Below, in pieces: positions 31,166 to 42,463 of a stretch of 64,000 nt of DNA. Numbering within the stretch: the first letter of the stretch is position 1; each line of letters begins with the position of its first letter. Under the pieces are notes generated by a model that was not told the origin of the DNA, searched no databases, and saw only the letters and a list, made by a program, of their open reading frames with translations. Position numbers and translations under genes: made by a program. This DNA is from an uncultured Nitrospiraceae bacterium. GTDB taxonomy: Bacteria > Nitrospirota > Thermodesulfovibrionia > Thermodesulfovibrionales > UBA6898. The stretch spans positions 448,001 through 512,000 of the forward strand of contig CAWEQH010000008.1 in NCBI GenBank assembly GCA_963811165.1, in the 5' to 3' direction.

Positions 31166-32302
31166 TTATCCTCTTCTTGGTTTCAACCACTGTGCCGGAT
31201 CGAGGGGTTTGCCTTTATATCTGATTTCGAAGTAAAGACCCGGGGCATTCAATATGCCCGATGTCCCGACTTTTCCTATCACCTGGTTTTCCCTTATTAT
31301 ATCTCCAACATGAGAAAAAATCTCCGAAAGATTTCCGTACAGGGTATGATAGCCGTTGCCGTGGTTGATAATGACGAGCTGCCCGAAGCCCTTGAACCAC
31401 TCGGCAAATATCACCTTCCCTTCATAGACGGACTTTGCATCCGAATTCTCCGGGGTCTTGATATGTACGCCGTTTCTGAACACAGGGGTGGAGAACTGAG
31501 GGTCCCTTTGCGTGCCGTAGGGGACAGCGATCCTGCCCTCGACGGGCCATGGAAGTTTTCCCTTCAGCCGTGTGAGACCGGCTCCGGCGCCTGTGTAGGT
31601 ATCTGTTCTTGACGACTTCTCGATCAGGTCCAGGAGCCTTTTCGATGCCTCTTTAAGTTCTGCCAGCATTTTCTGGCGAGACGCCTTTTCCTTTCTCACG
31701 GAAGAGAGGATCGACACCTTTGACTCTTTCTGCTCGGCAAGCTCCTGTTCCTTGGTTTTGACCTGGTCGGCGCCGGCCTTGAGTTCTGCCCTTAAGACCG
31801 TGAGTCTCTCAAATTTTTCGTTGAATTTTTTCAGGGTTTCACGGTAATCGCCCAGGACCCCGTGTTCATAGACCGTAATGCGTTCGAGATATTTCCATAT
31901 CCTCATCATCTGGGAAATATCGCCTGCGCTCATAAGGAGCACGAACATGTCCCCCGAGTAGCCGAATTTATGCATGACCATCAATTTTCTCTTAAGCCAT
32001 TCCTTCTGTCTTGTCAGGACGGTGTTCATCCTTTCAATCTCGGCACTGACGGTCGAAATTTCCGCCTCGGTGCGCCTCAGGTTTTTTCGGAACGTGTTTA
32101 AATCGGTCTCGATCTTCCCGAGCCTCATATTGACGCCTTCAATTTCGGTCAGAATGGACGATTCCCGCTGCTGCGCCTCATGGAGCTTTTTTTTCTGTTC
32201 CGACATCTTCTCCTGGATATTCTTGTATTCTTCTTCATGAGTTGTGCCGGAACTGACCGAGGAAAAGAACAAAATGAAGAGGAGGGGAAAGACCACAAAC
32301 AT
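31166..32302 (-). CDS. envC: Murein hydrolase activator EnvC (coiled coil plus degenerate M23)
   Basis: Long coiled coil, LPWPVEG, LYFEIR; follows ftsEX. Confidence 0.85.
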   Translation of the reverse strand: MFVVFPLLFILFFSSVSSGTTHEEEYKNIQEKMSEQKKKLHEAQQRESSILTEIEGVNMRLGKIETDLNTFRKNLRRTEAEISTVSAEIERMNTVLTRQKEWLKRKLMVMHKFGYSGDMFVLLMSAGDISQMMRIWKYLERITVYEHGVLGDYRETLKKFNEKFERLTVLRAELKAGADQVKTKEQELAEQKESKVSILSSVRKEKASRQKMLAELKEASKRLLDLIEKSSRTDTYTGAGAGLTRLKGKLPWPVEGRIAVPYGTQRDPQFSTPVFRNGVHIKTPENSDAKSVYEGKVIFAEWFKGFGQLVIINHGNGYHTLYGNLSEIFSHVGDIIRENQVIGKVGTSGILNAPGLYFEIRYKGKPLDPAQWLKPRRG

Positions 32303-33180
32303 CAGTATTTAAGCCTTCCCAAGGCGATTGTAGCGCCCGCTGTGCCGAGGAACATCCCGATAAAAGGGAGCGGCAGGAAAAGGTCCGAAGGGAAGAGTAT
32401 CATCTTGAAAATCGGTATCGCTGCGCTGAGCCTCATGAGGACCATGTAATGAAAAGCAAAGATTCCGATGAGGCTCAGGATTCCCCCTGCCGTGCCTATC
32501 ACGGCGCCTTCGATAAGGAAAGGCGTTCTGATGAATCCTCTCGTGGCCCCCAGCAGTTTGAAGGTCTCTATTTCTTCCTTGCGTCTGTAAAAGAGAATCT
32601 TGACCGTGCTGTAGCAGACAAAGACAACGCCCGTAGATAAAATAACGATGAGTATGATCCCGATCGTTTTTAATCCGACCTTCAGGTAGTTGAGGGTTGA
32701 GAGAAATTTATCGGCATAGTCCACCTCATTTACCCCTTTTATCTTCATCGCCTCATCGGCGAGTTTTTTCACCGTCTCCTGCCCTACCGTATCCTTTTTC
32801 AGCTTCACTTCGAGGGCATCGGGCAGGGGATTTTCGTCGAGCCCGTCAAACACATAACTGGAATTCTTCAATACCGCTTTCATTTCCCTCATGGCCTCTT
32901 CTTTTGGGATATACCTGACCGAAAGGACTGCGCTTTGTTTCCTTAGGGAGTTGACCGCGGCATCGACTTTGTCCTTCTGGATGTTTTTGTCCAGGTACAG
33001 GATCATCGAAAATTTTTCGGGCAGGCTCTTGGTAGCGGCATCGACGTTGTATACGGAAAATAGCGCGAGGCTGATTATGATAAGGCCGGAGGCGATGCTA
33101 AGGACCGAGAGGATATTGATCCATTTTTCCCTGATCATGCTCTGAAGCGCAAGGGTGAAGGCGTAGGGCGAAGGGATCAT
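32302..33180 (-). CDS. ftsX: Cell division permease FtsX
   Basis: ENPLP, RKEEIETFKLLGAT..FIRTPF..EG; four TM segments. Confidence 0.92.
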   Translation of the reverse strand: MIPSPYAFTLALQSMIREKWINILSVLSIASGLIIISLALFSVYNVDAATKSLPEKFSMILYLDKNIQKDKVDAAVNSLRKQSAVLSVRYIPKEEAMREMKAVLKNSSYVFDGLDENPLPDALEVKLKKDTVGQETVKKLADEAMKIKGVNEVDYADKFLSTLNYLKVGLKTIGIILIVILSTGVVFVCYSTVKILFYRRKEEIETFKLLGATRGFIRTPFLIEGAVIGTAGGILSLIGIFAFHYMVLMRLSAAIPIFKMILFPSDLFLPLPFIGMFLGTAGATIALGRLKY

Positions 33181-33839
33181 CCTATCTCCTCCCCCGTAAG
33201 TGTGCCCGTATCAAGCCTCAAGACCCTCTTGCCGCTGTTTCGGTAAAGCTCACGGTTATGGGTGGCTATCAAGATGGTAGTCCCTTTGGCGTGGATATCC
33301 TTGAAGGTCTTCATCACGCCCTCGGCGGTAACGGAATCGAGGTTCCCCGTAGGTTCGTCGGCCAGGACAACGGTAGGCTCGGCCACGATCGCCCTGGAAA
33401 TGACGACCCTCTGTTGTTCGCCGCCCGACAGGCGTCTTGGGTAGGCATCGGCCTTGTGTCTGAGACCGACCGTCTTTAGGGTCTCATAGACCCTGGCCTT
33501 TATCTCTTTTTCATTGATCCCCCTTATCCGAAGGGCGATGGCTACATTCTCGAATACGTTTCTGTTTTGAAGAAGTCTGAAATCCTGAAATACAACGCCT
33601 ATGTTTCGCCTCAGGAAAGGGATACTCGATTCTTTCAACTCTCCAGTGTCCCACCCGTCGACGGATATTGTCCCTTTGTCGGGTTTTTCGGCATAGTATA
33701 TCAGTTTCAGCAGTGTCGTTTTGCCCGAGCCGCTCGGCCCGGTAATGAAGACCATCTCCCCTTTCTCTACCGAAAAGGTCAGGTCCTTCAGGGCGGTGAG
33801 ATTATCGTAGTCCTTTGTTACGTCGGCAAAATGGATCAT
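33177..33839 (-). CDS. ftsE: Cell division ATP-binding protein FtsE
   Basis: GPSGSGKT, VFQDFRLL, LSGGEQQR, ADEPTGNLD. Confidence 0.95.
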   Translation of the reverse strand: MIHFADVTKDYDNLTALKDLTFSVEKGEMVFITGPSGSGKTTLLKLIYYAEKPDKGTISVDGWDTGELKESSIPFLRRNIGVVFQDFRLLQNRNVFENVAIALRIRGINEKEIKARVYETLKTVGLRHKADAYPRRLSGGEQQRVVISRAIVAEPTVVLADEPTGNLDSVTAEGVMKTFKDIHAKGTTILIATHNRELYRNSGKRVLRLDTGTLTGEEIG

Positions 33840-33849
33840 CGATACCTTC

Positions 33850-34248
33850 TTATTCCCCTCCCTTGATTATGTAATCGAGAAGCACGTCGTCAAGGCTCCT
33901 GGAGATCTGCTGTCCCTGCGGTCCCTGTTTTTCCTGCGCCTCTTCCTTCGTCTCATCTTTCCCGGAGGGGGGCTTTTCCTCGGGATTTTGGTCGAGGTCG
34001 CCGGTATGAACGCCCCGGATCAGTTCCTTCATCATGCTCTTATGCTGCTCCTTCATGAGCTCCCTGACCTTTTCTTTGTAATCAGGGCTTGAAACGATCT
34101 CTGCATAACTGAATTTTTTCGAAGCGAGGATCGTCCCTTTGTGATAAAGAAGGGTGACTACGATAGGGTTTTTGAGACCGTTATCCTCTGTCTGGATATG
34201 GTAAAGCTTGCCCCTATAAGGAACATTCGTATTATAACCGACTAACAT
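33850..34248 (-). CDS. Hypothetical protein upstream of ftsE
   Basis: MLVGYNTNV..YHIQTED..; C-terminal SLDDVLLDY; 10 bp from ftsE. Confidence 0.8.
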   Translation of the reverse strand: MLVGYNTNVPYRGKLYHIQTEDNGLKNPIVVTLLYHKGTILASKKFSYAEIVSSPDYKEKVRELMKEQHKSMMKELIRGVHTGDLDQNPEEKPPSGKDETKEEAQEKQGPQGQQISRSLDDVLLDYIIKGGE

Positions 34249-34408
34249 ATATTTCGTTGTTGCGCCCTGATGATCAATATTATAATGACTGGAGGGAGCA
34301 AAAGTGAAGTGGCTTCACATCCCGGTCTGGAAAAAATATACGGCCGTACCCTCATCCCGGTGCTGGTCGTTTGCGGGCCGGGCGTTTCTTTTGAAAGGTC
34401 CGAAGTAG

Positions 34409-35452
34409 CTATTTTTCAGCAATAATTCTGACTTCATCCTTGGGGCCTTCAAGGGTATATCCTATGTCTGCGGCCAATATGCCTTCCGCCTGCATGGCGT
34501 CGATAAGTCTTTCCTTCTTTCCTGCGGGCACGAAGATGAGCAGTCCTCCTGATGTTTGGGCATCGTGCAGGAGGACCTTTTGGGCATCGGCTACTTCTTT
34601 TTCGAACCTGACGCTGGAGCTGAAGCTCCTGATATTGGCCATCGTCCCCCCAGGCACTTTGCCGAGACCTATAAGTCTGATCGCGTCTTCAAAGAAGGGG
34701 ACCCTTCCCGAAAAGATCCTCGCCCCCAATCTGCTTGCGGTAAGCACCTCGATGAGGTGGCCTATGAGTCCGAACCCGGTCACGTCCGTCGCGGTGCTCA
34801 CGCCTACCTCCATCATGATCTCGCTCGCCCTCTTGTTCAGTCCGGCCATGGATTTGGTGAAATCCTCGATGACCGCGTCGGGGCAGATGCCTGCTTTCAC
34901 GCCGGTTGAGATGACGCCCGTGCCGATTTTTTTTGTGAGGATTATCGCGTCTCCCCCCCTGGCCTTGGAATTATCGAGGACCTTGTCGGGGTGTATGATG
35001 CCCAGGACGGCAAAGCCGTATTTCGGCTCTTTATCTTTTATCGTGTGTCCGCCGATAACGGAAACACCCGCCTCGGCCATCTTGTCTATTCCTCCCTGCA
35101 TGATCTTCTTCAGGGTTGGAAAAAAATCCGGATGGTCGGGAAACATGGCGATATTCAGTGCGGTCAGCGGCTTGCCCCCCATGGCGTAGACGTCCGAGAG
35201 GGAATTGGCGGCAGCGATCGCGCCGAACGAGTAGGGGTCATCCACGATGGGGGTGAAGAAGTCGGTCGTCAGGACGGCCGCGATGTCGCCGGTAATACGG
35301 TAGACGCCGGCATCGTCGGCATTGGAGGTGCCCACGAGCACGTTCGGATCTGTTATGGCTGTCAGCTGCCCCAGAACCTGGGACAGGTCCGAAGGACTGA
35401 ATTTAGACGCTCAGCCTGCGCAGTTTGAAAGTTCCGTAAGTCTGATCTTCAT
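34409..35452 (-). CDS. selD: Selenide, water dikinase; selenoprotein with UGA (Sec) at codon 14
   Basis: GGAGG SD, then MKIRLTELSNCAG-U(TGA 35413-35411)-ASKFSP, in frame with DDAGVY, DFFTPIVDDP, GGHT, TDVTGFGL, DAQTSGGLL. Confidence 0.93.
35366..35410 (-). promoter_or_regulatory. Candidate bacterial SECIS element
   Basis: CUGUCCCAG-GUU-CUGGGGCAG hairpin 25-45 nt downstream of the UGA; loop begins with G. Confidence 0.55.
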
Positions 35453-35641
35453 ATATCCTCCTTCCCGTCTTATGCGCCCCCTTATGCGCCCCTTCTTTTT
35501 TGAAGAGTTGAGTCGTTAAGAATGTCATGAGACATTTGGTCGTTATGCCAACCGGATATTTTGTCATAGGGTAATAGTCATATTCGTCTTTATAGTCGGG
35601 AAAGGGGGGCTGAAACAGGGGAGTGGGCTGATGACCGGGGT

Positions 35642-35974
35642 TTACTCGCCGGAGACTATATCGATGAGTTTCGACCTTTCCTTCATCTGTTCGGTGAGCA
35701 CTTCACGCATTAACACGCATGCCTGGACGACCTTGGGGTTTGCGATCCTGTAGTGGATGTTTACGCCGTCCCTTCGCGATTTAAGTATGCCCTTATGCCT
35801 CATTACCGCAAGATGCTGCGACACGTTTGCCTTGGGAACGCCCAGGATCTCGACCAGTTCACCTACTGTTTTTTCACCGTCTTTAAGGGCATTAATGATT
35901 TCAAGCCGTTTCGGGCTTGCGAGGGTCTTGCACACTTCGGACTGGAGCTCAAATAACGTCTTGTTTGTTTTCAC
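35642..35974 (-). CDS. ArsR/SmtB-family transcriptional regulator
   Basis: KTLASPKRLEII..L..GEKTVGEL..ANVSQHLAVMR..G. Confidence 0.92.
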   Translation of the reverse strand: MKTNKTLFELQSEVCKTLASPKRLEIINALKDGEKTVGELVEILGVPKANVSQHLAVMRHKGILKSRRDGVNIHYRIANPKVVQACVLMREVLTEQMKERSKLIDIVSGE

Positions 35975-36133
35975 GTACCTATTCTATTTTTTCGGGAGAT
36001 AAAACGTCAAGGGAAAAAAATTCCTCCCGGGACCCTTTAACTCCGGTGGAGGCCCAAATCTCCAACTAGTTGAGTTGCGTGCAATTTTTGTGATACACTT
36101 TTGTATCTTCTATAATCTTGCGTATAATCCTCG

Positions 36134-37082
36134 ATGAATATGTCAAAAAAATGTGCGATAGGTATTGACCTTGGGGGCAGCAACCTCAGAGTGGCGCTCG
36201 TCTCCGAAGACGGAGAAATTATCAGAAAGATAAAGAGACCGTCTAGCGAGCAGATTGTCGCCTTGATGCTGGAAACGATAGGTGAAATCGGCTCTGACGC
36301 TGTCGAGGGGATCGGACTCGGGACCGCGGGGCTCATCGACAGAAAGCATAACAGGGTCTTTGCTTCTCCGAACCTGCGCGCGATTGAGGGCATCGATATT
36401 GTAGCGGAGATCCGGAGGAGGTTTGATGTGCCTGTCTTCATCGAAAACGATGCAAATGCAGCCGCACTCGGGGAAAAAATAGGCGGTGCAGGGAGAGGTT
36501 TCGATAATTTTGTCCTGCTCACCCTGGGTAGGGGAATCGGCGGAGGCATGATCTATAAAGGAAAGCTGGTCGAAGTTATCAGCCGAGATAGGGCATATGA
36601 GCATCAATGCGGACGCTGAAAAATGTCCTTGCGGAAACATCGGGTGTCTCGAAAACTACGCATCAGCCAGGGCGATGGTCTCGAAGGCCGTGGCGATGCT
36701 TGAAAAGGGCACGGAGAGTCTCCTCAAGGAATGCTGTAAAGGCAGTATCTATAAAATTACGCCGGAGGATATTTACCGGAATGCCCTTGAGGGCGATACC
36801 CTGTCGCGGGAGGTCTTGAGGGACGCCGGGAGATATCTCGGCGTGGGACTGGCAAACATTATCAATATCATGAGCCCCGAGGCCATAATCCTTGCGGGCG
36901 GCCTTATAGGGACCTGGAACATCTACATACAAGAGGCGATAAAAGAGGCCTCCAGAAGGGCCTATAAGGACCTGTTCGATTCGGTCAAGATTATCCCGTC
37001 TTCTCTTGGGGACGACGCAGGGATAATCGGGGCCGCATGCATCGTCTTTAATGAACTCTCCAGGGATTTTTCCTTTTCCTGA
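36134..37082 (+). CDS. glk: ROK-family glucokinase (frameshift near 36585)
   Basis: IGIDLGGS, ENDANAAALGE, TLGRGIGGG, then EIGHM..CPCGNIGCLE..AGIIGAA in the second frame. Confidence 0.85.
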
Positions 37083-37085
37083 TAC

Positions 37086-38873
37086 ATGTCGAAACACATA
37101 CGCAACTTCTCGATCATAGCCCATATAGACCACGGGAAGTCTACGCTTGCCGATAGACTGCTCGAATATACCGGTGCGCTCAGCGCACGTGAGATGACGG
37201 CCCAGGTCCTGGATTCGATGGACCTCGAGAGGGAAAGGGGCATTACCATCAAGGCCCACGCGGTGAGACTCCTCTATAAGGCCGAAGACGGCAAGGAATA
37301 TATCCTCAACCTCATAGATACTCCCGGCCATGTCGATTTTTCGTATGAGGTCTCAAGGAGTCTCGCCTCATGCGAAGGGGCGCTCCTCGTGGTCGATGCA
37401 ACCCAGGGGGTCGAGGCCCAGACGCTCGCCAACGCTTACCTCGCGATAGAACATGACCTGGAGATCATCCCGGTGATAAACAAGATAGACCTCCCGAGTG
37501 CGGAACCCGCAAAGACCAAAGAGCAGATCGAGGACGCGGTCGGCATCGACTGCTCCGAGGCTGTATTGGCAAGCGCAAAGGAGGGGATAGGCACCAAAGA
37601 CATCCTTGAAGCGATCGTTAAGAAAGTCCCTCCGCCGGCAGGCTCTGATGATCGTCCCCTGAAGGCGCTGATCTTCGATTCCTGGTTCGACAATTACCAG
37701 GGCGTCGTGGTCCTCGTCAGGGTATTTGACGGAAGGATCAGGGAGGGAATGAAGATCAGGATGATGGTGATGGGATACACGTTTGAGGTATTTCAGGTCG
37801 GGGTTTTTACCCCCAAGATGGAGCCGGTTTCCGAGTTGACTTCGGGCGAAGTGGGATATATTATCGCGGGCATAAAAAGCGTGACCGAGACGAAGATCGG
37901 AGACACGATAACGGATGCCCAAAACCCCGTTTCCGAGCCATGTCCGGGGTATAAGGACATAAATCCCCTGGTGTTCTGCGGGTTCTATCCGACCTCGACC
38001 CATCAATACGAAAACCTCAGGGACGCACTGAATAAACTAAGGCTTAACGACGCTTCCTTCAACTACGAACCGGAAACGTCGCTTGCGCTGGGGTTCGGCT
38101 TCAGGTGCGGGTTCCTTGGGCTTCTCCATATGGAGATCATACAGGAGAGGCTTGAGAGAGAATTCGACCTGTCCCTGCTGAGCACCGCCCCCACGGTTGT
38201 GTACAGGGTCACGAAGACCGATGGCAACGTTATCTTTATAGAGAATCCGGCGCTGCTTCCCGAAAAGTTTGAACTGATAGAAGAACCTTTTGTTATCGCC
38301 ACTATATTTGTACCCAAGGACTTTATTGGTCCCATCCTGGACCTCTGCCAGGAGAAAAGGGGCGTCCAGAAGAGCTTCGGCTATATCGGCAAGGACCGGA
38401 TAAGGGTGGAATACGAACTGCCGCTGAACGAAATCCTCTGGGACTTTTATGACAGGCTGAAGTCTTTCTCCAAGGGATATGCCTCGATGGATTATGAATT
38501 TCTCGGATACCGTAAATCTGATCTCGTGAAACTGAACATTCTCCTCAACGGGGAACCCGTAGATGCCCTTTCCTTGATAGTTCATAAGGACAAGGCGTAT
38601 TATAAGGGGAGGCAGCTCACCGAAAAGCTGAGAGAAATCATACCCAGACAGATGTATGAGGTCGCGATACAGGCCGCAATCGGCGGTAAAATTATCGCCA
38701 GAGAGAGTGTAAGGGCCCTCAGAAAGGATGTTATCGCCAAGTGCTATGGCGGTGATATCACACGGAAGAGGAAACTGCTCGAAAAACAGAAGGAGGGCAA
38801 GAAAAGGATGAAGCAGGTGGGACGCGTCGAACTCCCGCAAGAGGCCTTCCTCGCTGTCCTGAAACTGAAATGA
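37086..38873 (+). CDS. lepA: Elongation factor 4
   Basis: [39 protein letters not shown]. Confidence 0.98.
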   Translation: MSKHIRNFSIIAHIDHGKSTLADRLLEYTGALSAREMTAQVLDSMDLERERGITIKAHAVRLLYKAEDGKEYILNLIDTPGHVDFSYEVSRSLASCEGALLVVDATQGVEAQTLANAYLAIEHDLEIIPVINKIDLPSAEPAKTKEQIEDAVGIDCSEAVLASAKEGIGTKDILEAIVKKVPPPAGSDDRPLKALIFDSWFDNYQGVVVLVRVFDGRIREGMKIRMMVMGYTFEVFQVGVFTPKMEPVSELTSGEVGYIIAGIKSVTETKIGDTITDAQNPVSEPCPGYKDINPLVFCGFYPTSTHQYENLRDALNKLRLNDASFNYEPETSLALGFGFRCGFLGLLHMEIIQERLEREFDLSLLSTAPTVVYRVTKTDGNVIFIENPALLPEKFELIEEPFVIATIFVPKDFIGPILDLCQEKRGVQKSFGYIGKDRIRVEYELPLNEILWDFYDRLKSFSKGYASMDYEFLGYRKSDLVKLNILLNGEPVDALSLIVHKDKAYYKGRQLTEKLREIIPRQMYEVAIQAAIGGKIIARESVRALRKDVIAKCYGGDITRKRKLLEKQKEGKKRMKQVGRVELPQEAFLAVLKLK

Positions 38874-39502
38874 AACCAAGAAAGAAGAAATCAAACATAA
38901 GAGAGACCATAGAGGCGGTAGTTGTCGCTTTTTTGATCGCGATTGTCATAAGGACGTTTGTCATACAGGCATTCAAAATCCCTTCCGGGTCCATGATCCC
39001 CACCCTCTTGGTGGGAGACCATATCCTGGTGAACAAGTTCCTGCTCGGGACACCGGTCGATATCCCTTTTACAAATGTTACGCTTTTCAGGATGCCCGGA
39101 CTGAGGAAGGTCCAGAGGGGCGACGTCATAGTCTTTAAATATCCCGAGGACCCCAAGAGAGATTTCATAAAAAGGGTCATCGGGGTGGGCGGCGACGTCG
39201 TAACGGAAAAAGACAAGGTCGTCTATGTGAACGGCAGCAGGCTCGTCGAGCCCTATACGCAGCATGTCGACGATGAGATCAAGCCAGGCCAGTTCGACAA
39301 AAGAGACAACTTCGGGCCTGTTGCGGTGCCCGAGGGGGACGTGTTTGTTATGGGAGACAACAGGGACCAAAGCTACGACAGCAGATTTTGGGGATTTGTT
39401 GACGATTCGCAGATAAAAGGAAAGGCCATCATTATTTACTGGTCCTGGGACAGCGACAAGACCTGGGTCCGTCTCGGAAGAATCGGGAGACTCATAAAAT
39501 GA
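38870..39502 (+). CDS. lepB: Signal peptidase I
   Basis: [31 protein letters not shown]. Confidence 0.97.
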   Translation: MKPRKKKSNIRETIEAVVVAFLIAIVIRTFVIQAFKIPSGSMIPTLLVGDHILVNKFLLGTPVDIPFTNVTLFRMPGLRKVQRGDVIVFKYPEDPKRDFIKRVIGVGGDVVTEKDKVVYVNGSRLVEPYTQHVDDEIKPGQFDKRDNFGPVAVPEGDVFVMGDNRDQSYDSRFWGFVDDSQIKGKAIIIYWSWDSDKTWVRLGRIGRLIK

Positions 39503-39846
39503 AAGGGAGAATGGGCCGAGAGGGCTCTATAACGACGTGGTTGCTGCTGCTGGTTTTCATCGCAGTGGTTTTTGTGGGCATATCATTCGGCAAGCCGTAT
39601 TTTCGCTATAACACTCTGAGGTCCCATACAAAAGACATACTTTCGTCGGAGATATCCTCGTTGCCTGCGATCAGGGAGCAGGTTCTTCAAGAGGCAAAGG
39701 AATTAAACGTTCCGCTTCAGGATGAAAACCTTGAAGTGACTCAGGTCAATAAGATCATCAAGGTCAAGGCGACATGGTCTGAGACAGTGAATTTCTGGGA
39801 CTACTATAAAAAGCAGCTCGATTTTGTCATGGAGGTTGAATACTGA
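39499..39846 (+). CDS. Small membrane-anchored hypothetical protein (DUF4845-like position after lepB)
   Basis: REG followed by a hydrophobic helix (pilin-like N-terminus); coupled to lepB. Confidence 0.65.
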   Translation: MKGRMGREGSITTWLLLLVFIAVVFVGISFGKPYFRYNTLRSHTKDILSSEISSLPAIREQVLQEAKELNVPLQDENLEVTQVNKIIKVKATWSETVNFWDYYKKQLDFVMEVEY

Positions 39847-40482
39847 TTGTTTACCGGGTTGGTTGTTGAAATGGGTGAGATAGCTTCCCTCACAAAGCGT
39901 GACGGCGGCGCCCGTCTTTTCTTGAGCGCCCAAACCTTATCATCAGAAGCTAAAATCGGCGACAGCATATCGGTAAACGGAACGTGCCTTACGGTGGTGG
40001 AAATGAAGGGCAAAACGCTCGGGTTCGACGTCTCCTCCGAAACGTTGAGATCGACGAACCTCGGTAATCTGAGGACCAAAGACCGGGTGAACCTGGAACC
40101 GTCTTTGCGGCTTGATTCAAGGCTCGGCGGTCATTTTGTGACGGGCCATATCGACGGCGTAGGGACGATAAAGTCAAAGTCCTCCGCAGGAGAAGCGCTT
40201 AAGATCGTGATCGGGGCCGAAGAGGAGATAACCCGGGGTCTCGTTGAGAAAGGTTCCGTTGCGGTCGACGGGATAAGTCTCACGGTTGTGGATGTACTTT
40301 TAAAGGGATTTTCGGTCGTAATTATCCCCCATACCGCCCAATTGACGACGATTGGGTTTAAGGGCCCCGGGGACACGGTAAATATTGAGGTTGATATTTT
40401 GGGCAAGTATGTTTCAAAATTTCTGCGCAAGGGCAAGGATTCCGGATTGATGAAGGCCCTCTCGGAAGAGGGGTTTATGTGA
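39847..40482 (+). CDS. ribE: Riboflavin synthase (alpha chain)
   Basis: MFTGLV, GDSISVNGTCLT, GGHFVTGHID, KGSVAVDGISLT. Confidence 0.95.
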   Translation: MFTGLVVEMGEIASLTKRDGGARLFLSAQTLSSEAKIGDSISVNGTCLTVVEMKGKTLGFDVSSETLRSTNLGNLRTKDRVNLEPSLRLDSRLGGHFVTGHIDGVGTIKSKSSAGEALKIVIGAEEEITRGLVEKGSVAVDGISLTVVDVLLKGFSVVIIPHTAQLTTIGFKGPGDTVNIEVDILGKYVSKFLRKGKDSGLMKALSEEGFM

Positions 40483-40529
40483 GCGGCAGTTGTCCTCTTT
40501 AAGAAAGGGTATCCAAGGAGATTTTTACA

Positions 40530-41742
40530 ATGTATAAGAACAAGTGTAATACGATAGATGAAGCGATCGAAGACATGGCCAAGGGGAAGATGGTCATCCT
40601 GGTCGACGACGAGGACAGGGAAAACGAGGGCGACCTCTGCATGGCCGCCGAGAAGGTCACTCCCGAGGCGATAAACTTTATGGCCAAATACGGGAGGGGC
40701 CTGATATGTCTTTCTCTTATCTCCCGAAAGGATCGATGAGCTGAAGCTGCCGATGATGACGGATGAGAACACTTCCTCCTTCGGTACAGCGTTTACCGTA
40801 TCGATCGAGGCCAAGAAAGGCGTGACTACCGGCATTTCCGCAGCGGACAGGGCTACTACGATACTGGCCGCGATACATCCTGCGTCGACGCCGGATGATC
40901 TTGCGAGGCCGGGGCATATATTCCCGCTTAGGGCCAGGCCGGGCGGCGTATTGCAGAGGGCAGGGCAGACCGAAGGATCGGTCGACCTGGCAAGGCTTGC
41001 GGGGCTGTATCCTGCGGGCGTTATCTGCGAGATCATGAGCGATGACGGAACGATGGCCAGGATGCCCGAACTGCTGGAATTTTCGAAGAAGCATAACATC
41101 AGAATCGTCACCATCAAGGACCTGATCGGATACCGTATCAGGACCGAGCGGTTTGTGCATCGTGTTTCAACGACCAAGCTGCCCACGGAATTCGGAGAAT
41201 TTACGGTCATAGCCTTCTCGAACGAGGTCGACAATAATGTGCATATCGCCCTTGTGAAGGGAGAGATAAAGCCTGAAGAAGACATCTTGGTGAGGGTCCA
41301 TTCCGAATGTCTGACCGGCGATGTCTTTGGATCGAAGAGGTGCGACTGCGGAGAACAGCTCCACAGGGCCATGGAGATAATCAGTGAACAAGGCAACGGC
41401 GTCATCTTATATATGAGACAGGAAGGGCGGGGGATCGGCCTGGTAAACAAGTTGAAGGCCTACGAGCTTCAGGACAAGGGGCTCGACACCGTCGAGGCAA
41501 ACATAAAGCTCGGGTTTAAGCCCGACCTAAGGGATTACGGCATAGGCGCGCAGATATTGGTCGACCTCGGGGTCAGAAAGATGCGCCTGATGACGAACAA
41601 CCCCAAGAAGATCGTGGGGCTTGAGGGCTACGGGCTGAAGATGGTGGAGAGGGTCCCGGTCGAGACGAACCCCCATGAGAGGAACCTCGTATATCTTAAG
41701 ACGAAAAAGAAGAAACTCGGGCATATGCTGAGTAAAGTATGA
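40530..41742 (+). CDS. ribBA: Bifunctional DHBP synthase / GTP cyclohydrolase II (frameshift near 40725)
   Basis: [40 protein letters not shown]. Confidence 0.95.
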
Positions 41743-41761
41743 ACGACTATCGGAGGGACAG

Positions 41762-42223
41762 ATGAAAATTATTCAGGGAGAACTTCAGGCCAAGGGTCTG
41801 AGATTTGCGGTCGTCGTAAGCAGGTTCAATGACTTTATCACGAGCAAGCTACTGGACGGCGCGGTCGATGCCCTGGTAAGACACGGCGCAAAGGAAGAAG
41901 ATATAGAGGTGGTGAAGGTCCCCGGCGCGTTTGAAATACCGCTGACGGCCAAGAAACTTGCCTCAAAGGGGTCATACAATGCGGTAATATGCCTGGGTAC
42001 CGTGATTAGGGGGGCGACCCCCCACTTCGATTATGTCGCGGCAGAGGTTTCAAAGGGCGTTGCGTCTGCCTCGCTCGAAACGGGGATCCCCATAGCCTTC
42101 GGAGTGATCACTTCCGATACCATCGAACAGGCGGTGGAAAGGGCGGGCACAAAGAGCGGGAACAAGGGGTTTGACGCCGCGATAACGGCAATCGAGATGG
42201 CCCAGGTCATGAAAAAATTATGA
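41762..42223 (+). CDS. ribH: 6,7-dimethyl-8-ribityllumazine synthase
   Basis: [32 protein letters not shown]. Confidence 0.97.
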   Translation: MKIIQGELQAKGLRFAVVVSRFNDFITSKLLDGAVDALVRHGAKEEDIEVVKVPGAFEIPLTAKKLASKGSYNAVICLGTVIRGATPHFDYVAAEVSKGVASASLETGIPIAFGVITSDTIEQAVERAGTKSGNKGFDAAITAIEMAQVMKKL

Positions 42224-42245
42224 GAGGTGATATGTCGTTGTTTTC

Positions 42246-42366
42246 ACAGGGTAGGGCGGACATCGGAATAAATATTTATGAACCGCTATATCATCCATAA
42301 ACTTCATCAAAGAATTTTTTTGTCATCATGCACATAAAAATTTTTCATCTGCCCGCCTTACCCTGT
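42246..42366. repeat. IR-bounded AT-rich element (MITE/REP-doublet-like)
   Basis: ACAGGGTAGGGCGGACA (42246-42262) versus reverse complement ACAGGGTAAGGCGGGCA (42350-42366), 15/17 match. Confidence 0.55.
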
Positions 42367-42424
42367 CCGGGGCTGACTATATATGGCTTATGAACTGTAA
42401 CGGTAAGTTCGGATATTTGCTTTT

Positions 42425-42459
42425 TTCACGATTCACGGTTCACGATTCACGGTTCACGA
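42425..42459 (+). repeat. Tandem heptamer repeat (TTCACGR x5)
   Basis: ttcacga-ttcacgg-ttcacga-ttcacgg-ttcacga directly before the nusB ATG. Confidence 0.85.
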
Positions 42460-42463
42460 TAGT

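Noticed and set aside
35975..36133. tRNA-Sec or another RNA gene near selD
   Set aside because: No cloverleaf or T-loop motif recognised; the region is explained by divergent promoters.
40131..41450. Long antisense ORFs (for example 40131..41450, 25301..26260, 38037..38894, 27055..27867)
   Set aside because: They are shadows of well-supported genes on the opposite strand and have no recognisable motifs.
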